DNA of 64,000 nucleotides from Macrostomum hystrix (lineage: Eukaryota > Animalia > Platyhelminthes). The stretch spans positions 15,066,001 to 15,130,000 of the forward strand of contig CATNEN010000038.1 of NCBI GenBank assembly GCA_950097015.1, read 5' to 3'. Below, piece after piece: positions 45,861 through 58,299 of the stretch. The stretch's first letter is position 1. Every line of letters starts with the position of its first letter. The notes under the pieces were generated by a model that saw nothing but the letters and a program-made list of their open reading frames with translations, was not told the DNA's origin and did no database searches. Position numbers and translations under genes: made by a program.

Positions 45861-48800
45861 ATGACTCAAAAGCAGCAATTAATCATTCGAAACCTTCAAG
45901 AGGTGGTCGGTCTGGACAGGTTGAAAGCTAAAACAGCCAAACACGAGCTTAACGTGTACTGGGGCACAGCTACTACAGGTAGGCCCCATGTGGCTTATTT
46001 TGTTCCCATGAGCAAGCTGGCTGACTACCTATTGGCTGGCTGTCACGTGACTGTACTATTCGCCGATCTGCACGCCTACCTGGACAATATGAAGGCGCCT
46101 TGGTCGCTGCTCAGTAAACGAACAAGCTATTATGAGACTGTGATCAAAGGTATGCTCAAATCGATCGGTGTGCCGCTGGATCGACTCAGGTTTGTGCGCG
46201 GCACAGATTTCGAATTGGGCAAAGACTACACTAGGGATGTGTATAGAATGGCTGCCGAAGTCACAGTTCACGATGCTAAAAAAGCCGGCGCCGAGGTGGT
46301 CAAACAGGTGGCCAGCCCCCTGACATCCGGCCTGCTCTACCCCTGCCTGCAGGCCCTAGACGAGCAGCACCTTGGCGTTGATGCTCAATTTGGTGGCGTA
46401 GATCAGCGAAAAATCTTTATGCTAGCCGAGAAATACCTGGTTAATCTTGGCTACACTAAGCGCATCCACCTGATGAACCCGATGATCCCTGGCCTGACTG
46501 GCGGCAAGATGTCCGCCTCCGAGATTGACTCCAAGATTGATCTGCTAGATCCGGCCGATTCTGTCATCGCCAAGGTGGCCGGCGCGCAATGCTCTCCCGG
46601 CCAGACTGAAGGCAACGGAGTTCTGAGCTTTCTCCAGTATGTTGTCTTTCCGTTGCTAGGCAACGATGGCATTGTCATTGGCGACGCCGATAGACGCTAC
46701 GCCGATTTCAAAGAGGTTGCCGACGACTTTGCGGCCGGAAAATTGACGGCCGATAATTTGAAAACTTGCGTAGCCGATAGTTTAAATCGTCTACTTGGAC
46801 CAGTTAGACGAGAGTTCGACGAGTCAGCTGAACTGCAGAATCTCCTGCTAGATGCTTATCCCGCTGCCAAAGAGTCGCCGACTAATGACTGCGGCGATGC
46901 TGTTGGCGACCTTGTCGAAGGTCAGTTTGCAAACTGATTTCTAATAAAAAAGGCTTTTATCTTCAAGACTTCATTTAAACATCCAGGCTTTCCTCTATCC
47001 GAATATTCAGGGCTATCAACCCAATCTTCAGGGCTCTTATTTAAATATTCAAGTCTTTATTCCAAAAGAATTCAGGCTTCCATCTATATTTTCAGGGCTC
47101 TCATCCAAGAATTCAAGATTGTGCCCAGATATATTCATGTACTTAAAAACATTTCCTCTATATGTGAACACTGCAGGCTTAGCTGGAGTAAAGCTGGCCA
47201 ACATCGACGCGAAGCTGTTGGATTCGCTGAGTCAAATCGCCAGCCTTTTCGATTCCAAAGCTCCCATTGGATCAGTGAAATCAGGATCCCAGCCCAGACT
47301 GCTGTGGACCCTGCGACCCTGCGGTCCTATGCACCTGGGCCACCTGGTGCCGCTGTTTGGCGCACTGTCTATGGCCAAAGCTGGCTGGCAGGTCACTCTG
47401 CTGGTGTCAGAAATGCAGGCTTTCCTAGATAAGAAGCGAGCTCCCATCGAATCCCTGGACACCAGGGGCTCGGTTACTAAGGCCCTGCTTGGTCGCTTAG
47501 CAACCGGTCTCCTTGGCAACGATGCGGCCGTCACCGTCACCTCCGGTTTGGAGGAGTTGAGCTATGACAAAGACTACGTGCTTGACATGTACCGCTTGGT
47601 GTCATTGGTTACTGTTGACGAGGTGCGATTATTGGATTGAAAAAGATAAACAGATAGTATTTATAGCTGTAAAATTGGTTCTATCATTAGCTGGAGTGGA
47701 AATTTGGGTTGGTCCGGTGGCCTCTCCAGTCCGCGGACTGAACAGTTGTACACAGTTGTTTAGAGCGCCGCGCAATAGCTGCGTGGCTATGTCTATGGCT
47801 GTACCTGTGTCCCAACTGGGCTAGGTGTTATTTCTTTTCTATCCCTGGTATATTTTCCCTGATCCCAGAGAAAGGCTATAAGGGGTAGAGAAAAAGGAGT
47901 CCAGGGGGAGAGAAACAGGGGTAGAATTGGGGGAGAGAAGAGAAGTATAAAAGGAGGGAAAGAGGAGGTTTCAAAGGGTTGAGAAAAACGGGTAGAAGGA
48001 GAAGAGGAAGATGGGTAGAGTGGGGAATAAAGAGTGGTAGAAGGGCAAAGAAACAAGTATAAAGGGGAGAACGAAGAGGGAAGAGAAACAGGGGTAGAAT
48101 GATGAGGGAAGCAGGGGTAGAATGGTGAGAGAAACAGGGGTAGAATGATGAGGGAAGCAGGGGTAGAATGGTGAGAGAAACAGGGGTAGAATGGTGAGAG
48201 AAACAGGGGTAGAATGGTGAGAGAAACAGGGGTAGAATGGTGAGAGAAACAGGGGTAGAATGATGAGGGAAGCAGGGGTAGAATGGTGAGAGAAACAGGG
48301 GTAGAATGATGAGGGAAGCAGGGGTAGAATGGTGAGAGAAACAGGGGTAGAATGGTGAGAGAAACAGGGGTAGAATGGTGAGAGAAACAGGGGTAGAATG
48401 GTGAGAGAAACAGGGGTAGAATGGTGAGAGAAACTGGGGTAGAAGGAGGAGAGATAGTGGTAGAGCAGAACCAACAGACACCCCATGCAACGGTTCGCCC
48501 GCAGGCAATGCAAGCAGGCTCAGGTGTGCTGTCGCACGGCGAGCATCCGCCCCTGTCCCACCTGATCTGGCCGTGTCTATCAGCTCTGGACGCGCACCAC
48601 TGCGGAGCCTCAATCCGATTGGCTGGCCGAGGCGAGGCTAGCCTGTCCGAATTCGTCTCTGTCGCATTGCAACGTCTCGGCTATCCGGCAACGCCCAGCT
48701 ATGGCCACTCTGAGCTGCCCGGCCTCTCGGGTCTAGCCGGCATGAGCCTGTCCGATCCGGACAATGCCATCCTGGCTCTGGAGCCGCCGGCTAGTCTGCG

Positions 48801-50686
48801 AAAGAAGGTCAAGAAGATGTTCTGCGAGCCGGGCAATCTAGACAGGTGCCCGGCTCTGGACTGCGTTCGATTGCTTCTGCTGCCGTTTAGGCGTCTATTG
48901 GGAAGCGACAGTCTTGGCATCACTGTGCCCAGATCGGCTGAGATCGGCGGTGATTTGAAGTTTGAAAGCTTCGAAGCGCTGAAGACTGCGTTCGCTGATA
49001 AGGTGAGACTGGGTGATGAACAATAAAAGAGAAGTGGGTGAGAAAGATAGGTAGAAAAGGGGATACAGGGTACAATAATAATAATTGCAGGAGGGCTGTG
49101 GGCAGTGGCACATCATTTGGTGACACTTGACCCGCAGCCAGCGAGGAGGCAATTCTGCCCGTTCCCCTGACTCCTGAGAACACACGCACACAAATACTGT
49201 ACACAGGCACATGGTCACACAGGTGTGCACTCTCACTGTGCCTTGGAGGTTGGCCCTTTGAGGGCGTAAATTGCACGACAAGTCCCAAAGCCTTCTCTCC
49301 GCGGCTGCGCCCCGAATGAACGTGGCCTCGCCGCGGAATCGAGCTCATCGAATCGAAAAATGTGTTAGAAGACAGAGAGAGTGAGGTATAGAAAGGAGAG
49401 AGAGTTGGGTAAAAATTGGGACAGAAGCTAAGAGGTGTGAAAGCCCCTTGTGAAATTAAAGTCCAGTATCTGGCCCACTGAATCCACACGAAGCCCTCTC
49501 ACTTGTTACTCGTGACCGCCTGCCCCATTCGCCAGTCGCTACACCCGGGCGATCTGAAAGGCTACGTTGAAGCCGGCCTATTGGAGATGCAGAACCGGCT
49601 GCGCGAGATGGCGTTCGGCGATAGCGCCGAGCTGAGCAAGCAGCTGGACGCGGCTTTCAGTGCTCAGGACAAAAGTGAGTAATCTTATATGGCTTTGACT
49701 GAGTAAAGATTTGCCAGATTGCGGTTTCAGAATTATCGTAAGTTTAGGTGTCAGAAATCTTTTCAGTTGGGTTGTCAGAAATCTTTTCAGTTGGGTTGTC
49801 AGAAATCTTGTCAGTTAAGGTGTCAGAAATCTTGTCAGTTAAGGTGTCAGAAATCTTGTCAGTTGGATATCAGAAATCTTGTCAGTTGAGGTGTCAGAAA
49901 TCTTGTCAGTTGGGGTGTCAGAAATCTTGTCAGTTGGGGTGTCAGAAATCTTGTCAGTTGGGTGTCAGAAATCTTGTCAGTTGAGGTGTCAGAAATCTTG
50001 TCAGTTAAGGTGTCAGAAATCTTGTCAGTTAAGGTGTCAGAAATCTTGTCAGTTGGATATCAGAAATCTTGTCAGTTGAGGTGTCAGAAATCTTGTCAGT
50101 TGGGGTGTCAGAAATCTTGTCAGTTGGGTGTCAGCTACGCACAAACCCACCAACAGAATCGGCCGGGGCCGCAGCCGACGAGTTGAATCCCCACCGTCTG
50201 GACATTCGGGTCGGCCGCATCCTGGAGGTCGCCGTCCACCCGGACGCCGATCAGCTTTACGTTGAATCCGTAGACTTCAGCGACGGCGCCTCGCCGCCTC
50301 GCACTGTTGTCTCCGGCCTGGTGAAGTACCTGCCCGCTGACAGGCTGCGCGGCGGCCTATTTCTGTTCCTGTGCAACCTGAAGCCGGCCAAGATGCGCGG
50401 CATCGAGTCAAGCGCCATGCTGCTGTGCGCCAGCACGGCTGACACCGTCGAGCCGCTGACGCCGCCGGACGGATCGAAGCCCGGCGATCGGCTCGGATTC
50501 GAAGGCGTCGCCGAAATCGCCGCCGGACCAGACGCCGAATTGAATCCCAAGAAGAAGGTCTGGGAGAAAATCGCCGAACACCTGCGGGTCAACGAGGACG
50601 GCATTGCTGTTTGGCGCCAATTTGAAATGCGCTCCGACAAGGGCATTGTCACGGCTCCCAGCCTCTGCTCTGCGCCAATCAAATGA
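45861..50686 (+). CDS. YARS1: Cytoplasmic tyrosyl-tRNA synthetase, double-length (about 890 aa) with a C-terminal EMAP II/tRNA-binding domain; exons 45861-46920, 47177-47622, 48505-49002, 49536-49674, 50157-50686
   Basis: [38 protein letters not shown]; a second TyrRS-like module; LDIRVG...[12 protein letters not shown]; all junctions are GT-AG and in phase. Confidence 0.93.
48075..48440. repeat. ~24-bp purine-rich minisatellite in YARS intron 2
   Basis: gagaaacaggggtagaatggtga units. Confidence 0.9.
49082..49347 (-). mobile_element. 5'-truncated SINE (family A)
   Basis: Homologous to 42245-42545. Confidence 0.8.
49748..50133. repeat. 23-24-bp minisatellite in YARS intron 4
   Basis: tgtcagaaatcttgtcagtt.. 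units. Confidence 0.9.
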
Positions 50687-50924
50687 TGAAGCCCAGTTGC
50701 TGGGCATTCATATGCGAGATTTTTCTTTTTTGACCTGTGTTCCAAACTAATTTTCCCGTTTTTGCCCTACCTTTTTTGCGCCACTTTTTCTGTCGGTATT
50801 ATTCTCCTTAATTTAATATGATCTTTAGTTTTTCTTCTAATAACGGTTATGTCTCTTAAACTTTCCTTGCCCCTTACTTTCCCTGCCTTTCGTTTATGTG
50901 GGCTTAGTATATATTCCCTTACAA

Positions 50925-51280
50925 CCTGACAACATCCACTCTTCCGTTACTTTTCTATCGGACAACATCCACTCTTCCGTTACTTTTCTATCGGACAACA
51001 TCCTCTCTTCCGTTACTTTTCTATCTGACAGCAGCCTTACTTCCGTTACTTTTTCACCTGAAACCAGCCTTTCTTTCGTTACTTTTCCACCTGGGACAAG
51101 CCTCTCTTTCGTTACTTTTCTACCTGACACCACCAGCCTCACTTCCGGTAGTTTTCCACCTGATATCAACCTCACTTCCGTTACTTTTACATCTGACAGC
51201 TGCCTCTTCCTTTACTTTTCCACCAGACACCAGCCTCTCTTCCGTTACTTTTCCACATGACACCAGCGTCTCTTCCGTTA
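50925..51280. repeat. Degenerate 33-bp tandem repeat
   Basis: cttccgttacttttc.. units. Confidence 0.7.
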
Positions 51281-51799
51281 ATTTTAATATGCATTCTTGG
51301 TATTTTACGCTACATTAATTGACTATTCGGTTGCTTTGGTCCAGCTTAGAGCTCTGTTTATCCAAGTCTATTCTTGGCCTAGATTATTCTAACAGTTTTG
51401 AAGTGACATCTTTCGCGCCGTGTTTGTTGCTATGTGACAGATTTAGTTGGTTTCTCACACTATTCTGGTGTCTTGTATTCTTGCGCCCTACAAACTGCTT
51501 GTATTTTAAGTTTTGCTAGTTCGAAGAATACTTTATTTTCTAATTAATGACCTAATGCGATTAGTAATTAGTTGTGTTTGTTAAATTTATTCCGCTGTCT
51601 TCAAAAATTGTGTGCGTCTAACTGTCTTCTGAATTCATAATATTACTGATAATTTCGATTATAAAATTAAACAATTGACCGTGTTACTATGCCGTTGGTA
51701 TGCTCGTTAGTTGATTTATTTGTGTCAGCAAGCACCTGTGTTTTCTGCGCGTTTCGTTAAAAAAAACAGTAAATGAAAGCATAATCTACAAAATGTGGA

Positions 51800-52380
51800 A
51801 TGTTTTTTAGTATAAAATTTTGAGTCAAAATTCATTATAAAGACACATCGGCTGTGGCGGGCCTCCTTAAACCTAGCGGTTGTTGCTTCTTGAGCTGCTG
51901 CTTCTTGCTTGCCTTTGGCAAACATTTTCATAATCAGCAGAAGGACAAGAATAGATCCAGGCAGTGCGAGATGTAATCATTGTCGCCTAAGCGAGCCAGT
52001 TCCACAATCTTCTGCGTCTCGTAGACTAAGAAAGCACAGAAGACCAACAGCGTCAGCTTCAGTGTTCGATTGAAGATGAATGGTGAACGGGCGAAGATGT
52101 TGACAAGTTTCAGTAGGAGCAGGACGGTTAGGCCAGACGACAGTGGACCAGCCAGGAACATCATCCAGCGGCTGGTTCTAGCCAGTAGAGCGGCGCCGCA
52201 GAATGTGACGGTCACCATCATGGCGAGCCAGAGCTTTTCGGCTTGCATCAGCAGTCCTAAATCGTTACGAGTGCTGTGGATGTGCGCACAAGTAGACTAA
52301 GACTGAATAACAGTCGAGCAGAGATGGCAAGCAACCGGCCAGACACAGACCTGGGCGCCACGTGCAAGTAGCTCAACATT
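51800..52380 (-). pseudogene. Degenerate Bax inhibitor-1 (TMBIM6-like) copy
   Basis: LLVFCAFLVYETQKIVELARLGDNDYISHCLDLFLSF matches the BI-1 C-terminal signature; a frameshift or stop follows and no intact N-terminus is visible. Confidence 0.6.
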
Positions 52381-52609
52381 TTTGAGTCTTAGTAAGCTAT
52401 AGGTAAACAGTATTCTTTTGTTGGTAAATTCCTAGAACTCCTTTTCGAATGGTATAACCCGCTGTATGATGCATCAGTTTTTTGTTGCTGCAGACTCTAG
52501 CGTGCTCGCTATGCTCAGGCGCCTGAGCTCAGTCTGAAATTCAAAAGACGAAGCACAGGAATTTGACTTGGCTAAAACAAAAACCAAGCTTTAATAATAA
52601 GAACAAATT

Positions 52610-52875
52610 AATAATTGTAGGACAGCTGCTTGCAATGGCACATCATTTGGTGACAATTGACCCGCAGCCAGCGAGCAGGCAATTCTGCCCATTCCCCTGA
52701 CTCCTGAGCACTCACTCACTCAGGTGTGTACTCGCACATCTGCCCTGACTTTCTCATCGTCAGGTTGTAGGTTGTAGACCTTGTAGGTTGGCCCTCAGGG
52801 GCGTGAATTGCACGTCAAGGCCCCACGGCTCCACAAGCTACCAAATGAATGTGGCTTCGCCGAGGAATCGAGCTT
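52610..52875 (-). mobile_element. Degenerate SINE (family A)
   Basis: Homologous to the other family A copies. Confidence 0.7.
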
Positions 52876-53331
52876 AGATTCGGAATGCACTTAATGAGTC
52901 TGGGTCTCAACATGTCTGGTGAGACTCATGATGTTGCAGAGCTGCTACATGCGCTGTAACACACTAAAAGTGGGGAACGAACCTCGCGATGGCAGACCGA
53001 GACCTGTTTCTGGCTTGTTTGCCTTCGTCAGTCAGCCATAGCCACACGCTGTCCTCTCCCACCACTCTTAGTGTGCACAGAAGTCTCTTTTAATCTTGCC
53101 ATTTTATGGCGATACTTTTTAGTGTTACGAGCGTATGTGAGAGTTTTGCAGCCAAGCCTTTGCTTTTCTACTGTTGTCAGTAGTCTGAATTGTATCTCTC
53201 ACAGTCTTCAAACCGAGCTTGAAATTTGTCCTTTTTACCAGGTGCTTTAGCAGCACAAACACCTGGCCTTGAACGTCTGTCAGGCTCGATCCTCATCAGT
53301 TCTCTCTCGCTTGGTGCGAGAGACAAACGCA

Positions 53332-55398
53332 TTAACCGCTCTGCCACTCACCCCCCTTAAAAAACGAAGCGTTTAAACATACATCATCCGAGACTAGTCG
53401 TTCGAGTTTCTGCCAAACTTCGTCTGTGTTGCAGATCCGCTGCCTATGCCGTTGAATCAGGCTCACCAGCAGATCTTTGTCCCGACAGAATTCCAGAACC
53501 ATCAGCAGCTCCTGCATGTCCGGCTCTTCATCTTGCAGCACATCCTCGAACCATGCCCGATGGTGGGTCTCGTCCGCGACTCCCAAATGCAGACAGAGGC
53601 AGCGGAGAAGCGCCCGCATGTTCATGAACCGAATCTCTGCGAACTGCATCCGACCCGGGAAACAGTTCCTGATGGATTCTGGGAGAATTTCTAGGCTTGG
53701 CACTCGCTCTTCAAATCGAAGACTGAACTTCCAAATAGAGTCGGTGCTGTTCAGATGCCGCCAGACATAATCTTTGGCTTCTTTACCAGACGTCATCCGC
53801 CCGGGACACGGCACCCCTTTGCTGACCTGGAATGTCATTCCATCTCTCAAAATGACGATGGCTTCATCTTTCATGCCGTAGTTCAGATACGTCAGACCCA
53901 TCAGACAGTGTCTAGCTGTGGCTGCAAAGTCTCCAATTCTCCTAATGCTGTTCAACAGACTCTCGCAAGATCCCGGGTTCGCATCTGTCAGCCCTAGCAA
54001 CGCACTCCTCACAGCATCTGACACCGAGTGGTAGGGCAACTCGCCGGACTCTGGCACCGGCTTCACCTGCGTGTACGGAAGTATCAGGAAGGGGTGAAAG
54101 CGAAAGACTTCGCCGTTACTGAGTGGTCTCAACTGCTGTTTAAATTCGAGTATCAGAATTGGAAGCTGTTCCATCATCTTCTTCACAGCCTTCACTACAT
54201 CCGCTTTTTTACTGACGTTTTTTTTCAGATACACGATTGCGTCACGCAGGAAAAAGTGCCTCATGCACTCATGAGAATCCGGGCGAGAATTCTGAAGGCC
54301 ATTCAGCAGAATTTGAAGTGCCCGCCTGGTGAGACTCATGATGCTGCAGGGCTGCCACATGCACGATGGTGTCTCGTCCAGCAGGTAAAAAATCATGGTC
54401 TTGGCGTGGTAGGTCTTTAAACCGAGATTAAAATTTGTCCTTTTTACCAGGTACTTCAGTAGAACAAACACCTGGCCTTGAACGTCTGTCAGGCTCCTCA
54501 TCAGTTCTCTCTCTAGGAAGCTGGTGCTGACCCTCAGTTTCTGGCCCCCTTCTCCAGGTGGAGCCGCAGACACCAGATGACAGGGCGACTTGGTTAGCTC
54601 CCCCCGCAGTGAGCTCAAAACTTCAGGTAAGATTTCAGTCTTGCATCCCTCTATTAGCACATCGATTCGAGGGTAGGCGCAGCAGCGGTAGGCAAAGATG
54701 ACGTCCACAGCTGGTTTCAAAGGCGATCCCTGGCACGCTTTTGCCGGCGTCGATGCTAAAAATGTTTGAGTGAGTCAAGTCATCTTCAGCATTTTTCACC
54801 GCTTGCTCACTGTACGTACATTGTTTATAATAAATGGTCTTACCTGATCCCGGGTACAATACATGCCCATCTTCATAATGCACTCTTTCCTCAGCTGACA
54901 CATATTCGCAGCGGCAAATTTGCTGATCATGGCCTTGCATGTGAAATTCTTGATCCGAGAGTATCACAGTCTCATCAATATCTGCATCGCTGTCGGTGAC
55001 TCCGTTGAGGCTGGCAAGGCTGTTGCCCCAGCCGTCCGAGTAGCTGCCGACAATGTTAACCAGGTTCTCATTCCACCTCCGACGCATAATGTCCTGCAGG
55101 ACGTCTGCCAATGCGCTCTGAATAGCCGCCCTGTGCTGCTGGAATCCAGCCTGTCGCATTTCATCGTGCAGCGAGGTGCTCTGCAGGATCTCAGGACTTT
55201 CTATCTCTCCGGGATTTTCCAATCTGCAAACGAAATGCTTTCGTTACTACCTTTCTTGTCTTCAATAGGATCATGTACAGGTGGTTTTACGAAATCAAAT
55301 CTTACTCAATCTTCTTATCAATCTTCCTCAAGGCCTGAAGTGTCTTCTCTGTGCATTCTGGAAGCTGCAGTTGGTCTAGGGTGCGAAGAAATTGCAGA
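53332..55398 (-). CDS. Mab-21/cGAS-like nucleotidyltransferase; exons about 55398-55306, 55223-54844, 54755-53332
   Basis: VGSYSDG...DSDADIDE NTase motif and a third acidic residue in AVDVI; RVSTSFLERELM, KTYHAKTMIFY and HFFL are Mab-21 C-terminal motifs; splice phases are consistent. The 5' end is uncertain. Confidence 0.8.
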
Positions 55399-55784
55399 CT
55401 AAATCATTTTAGCTTCTAGTATCGACGCGATTTGCTTCCGTATAACCAAAGAATGCACTAAGATCGAAGGATAGCAGACGCAGTTAATCAACGCTTTGAA
55501 AAAATATCGAACGTAGAGAGGAATGAAGGCGGCGTGCAGATTGTCTGGCGAAATAGAGAATTATCGATCGTCGAGTCGAGGAGGGAAGGCTGCGCGTGGA
55601 TTGGCTGGTGGAATCGAGAATATCGATCGTAGAGTGATTAACTTTTTAGCGGGAGATAAATAATGCAGATAAAAATGAAAGTTTTAATCTGACTACGAAA
55701 TCTGACTCTGATTAAAACTGTAGAAATAGGAGAAAAAGAATAAAACATTGACAGTATCACCTATCATCACCTCGATGGTCTCAC

Positions 55785-56589
55785 CTGACAGAGAGAGACC
55801 ATTGATCGGCGTCTGGCGCAGCATCATCATGAGGATGCTAATGTGGCCAAAGCAGCAGGCAGCTGCTGCTGCGCTCAGTCCGGCTGCATTCATCAATCCT
55901 TGATCGCAGCCAAGCTGAAGCAGACGCAGCACCGTATCTTCGTGGCCTACAATGGCAGCCAAGTGCAGCGGAGTAGACCCATTACTATCCGGAGAGTTAG
56001 GGTCGGCCCCTCCGCTGACCAGAAAGGACATTGCCTCCGATCGGCCTCGAACAGCGGCAAGATGGACTGGACTTTCGCCAGTGCATGTTTGCTGATTTGG
56101 GTCCGCAGAAGCAGCCAGAAGAAGTCGCAAGACGTCTATGTGCCCATTTATTGCTGCATGATGCGTGGCGGACCAGCCGTTCTCGTCCTTGGAGTTGGGA
56201 TCCGCTCGGGCACCTAGCAGGTAGTGCGCGCATTCAAGATGGCCTCGGGCCGATGCAATGTGAAGTGGCGACCTGCCGACTGCTGTCCGCAGACTCACAT
56301 CCGCCTGGCTTTTTGTTAGCAGCCGCACCGATTCTTCGTGATTGCGCCAGCATGCCTCGTGAAGGGCCGTCCTCCCGCGAACGTCCTGAACGTCCAACCG
56401 CGCCGGCGCCTCAATCAGCAGCCCAAGGATGGTCGAGTGACCAAGTCGCGCTGCCAAGTACAGGGCTGTCCTGCCATCCTCGTCCTGGCCGTCCAAGCTG
56501 ATGCTGCAGTCGTGTAGCAGTCGTTTCACGTCATAGAGTTTACCGTACGTCGCCGCCCTATTGAGCTCCGAAACTCGATGCTGATCCAT
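55785..56589 (-). CDS. Ankyrin-repeat region (about 7 repeats), probable first exon of the Mab-21 gene
   Basis: GRTAL(Y/H), GRSPLH, GESPVH and GSTPLH repeats; donor tcag|gtgag at 55785/55784. Confidence 0.85.
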
Positions 56590-56720
56590 TAGTAATTAAA
56601 ATTCAGTTTTAAATGGAATTTTTGCTTTTATGAAAGCATTACAATTGCAAGCTTCTTCAGCACAGCCGCAAGCACTGACACTTGCTACAGCTAGCGTACA
56701 CTTGCTAGAGCAGTCGTCCA

Positions 56721-56728
56721 CTTTTATA
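56721..56728 (-). promoter_or_regulatory. Candidate TATA box for the ankyrin/Mab-21 gene
   Basis: TATAAAAG on the minus strand about 130 nt upstream of the ATG. Confidence 0.4.
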
Positions 56729-58299
56729 CTCCATCGGTGTACTCGGTGAAACACGACTGAAGAAACAATAGGAGCGGAAAACTCAACTGTGAAGAATTGA
56801 GTGAATCAGTCAGCGGTTTAATTGTCAGAAAGGGACGCGCTCACACTCGCATGCAGCGCGGGTCATTTATATTATTTTATCAGCACGTTGGCATCAATGT
56901 ACATATATTATTTGATGTACATACTGGCTAGGATAGGCAGGTAATAAATTGACAACGTGCTCAGGTGTATAGTTTTGCACTAAATGAAAAGTAAGCAGCG
57001 GAGCTCTCACATTTTCTTCCTCAAGGGAGTTTGACGCAAATATAAGCAACAATAGAAATAATAATTTACAAACAGCATTAGAAAATATTATGAGCAAATA
57101 GTATAGAATAGCAGCGAAATACGAGCGAAAAAGCAGCGAAGCAGCGAATAGCAGCGAAAAACCTCGTACATATGAAGGTTCTGATTGTCAGTCACTAGCG
57201 CAAAATCATTGATTAGTCAACTTCAAGCTGCAACCTGTCAGTCCGATTTCGGATCCGCTCGGGGTAGCGCCTCACCGAGCTGCCCGGTGGCTCAGCAGCC
57301 GCTGACGTTGGCATTTTGCGTATAAGGTTGGTTGCTTAATTCCTTGACTCTTGGATTGATTCCTGAATCTAACTATCTAGTTATGAAGTCATTTTGCGCA
57401 TCGAAGTTGAACAATACCTGGGGAAGTGTCGCTTGCTCATGTAGGTTCGTGTGCAGAGAATTCCATGGATAAATAACTGGATAATTGACTGAGAATCGCA
57501 TTTTCTGGAAATCTGAGGTGCCTACATAATTTGAGTATTTTCTTTCTAGGAAAACAGTGCTTGATGTCGATGTTACGAGTACATACACTCAAGTCGATGC
57601 ACAATTAACTCACCAGGCGATTGTACATCTGAAATGCTATTGCCATGATTTATCGAAATTTTATCACAATAATCCCACTAGAAATTTGAGCCACTATAAC
57701 TTTTGTGCCATGCACTAGACAGTTAATCCATCAGACAATTATCCCAACAGACAGTTATCCCACCTCACAATAATCCTAGAAGTAATCATATAAATGTTCT
57801 AAAAGCCAAATCGAATCACGAGTGTTAAGCGCAGTTAATTATATTTACAAAGCGATTAGTAAGTTTATCGTACATATTGGAATGAAAAACGTGCCTTTAC
57901 ATATTATTGTTATTTATCCACACACAATGATACTACATGGACGGTCTAATCAACAAAGGCATTGTAAACACAATCAAATCAACGAAGACGCCAGATGGTG
58001 CCGACGACACCGATAGCAGACACCGCCGAGACCCTTGCTGCCGCCGGCGAGGGCCACACTGCGAGCTCTCTGCCGACCAGAAGCCAACTGACAGCTGTCG
58101 AGATCCGGCAGCACCGAGCTCATCTTCTGCAGATCTAGCAGAGCCGCCTTTACATCCTCCGGCAGAGTCTGATTGTTCAGGATGTCCTTCAGCACCGCGG
58201 CGGTGTTCTCGCGTCGTTCAGCCGGCGTCAAGGATTCGACAGCGGAGCGAACCAGCAGCTGACTGCTACGGTGATGCTGCGGCAGCGACTGGCTGTCAG

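Noticed and set aside
47119-49026. Second TyrRS module as a separate gene or pseudogene
   Set aside because: It has no start of its own, all junctions splice in phase with exon 1 and the EMAP II exon, and there are no stops.
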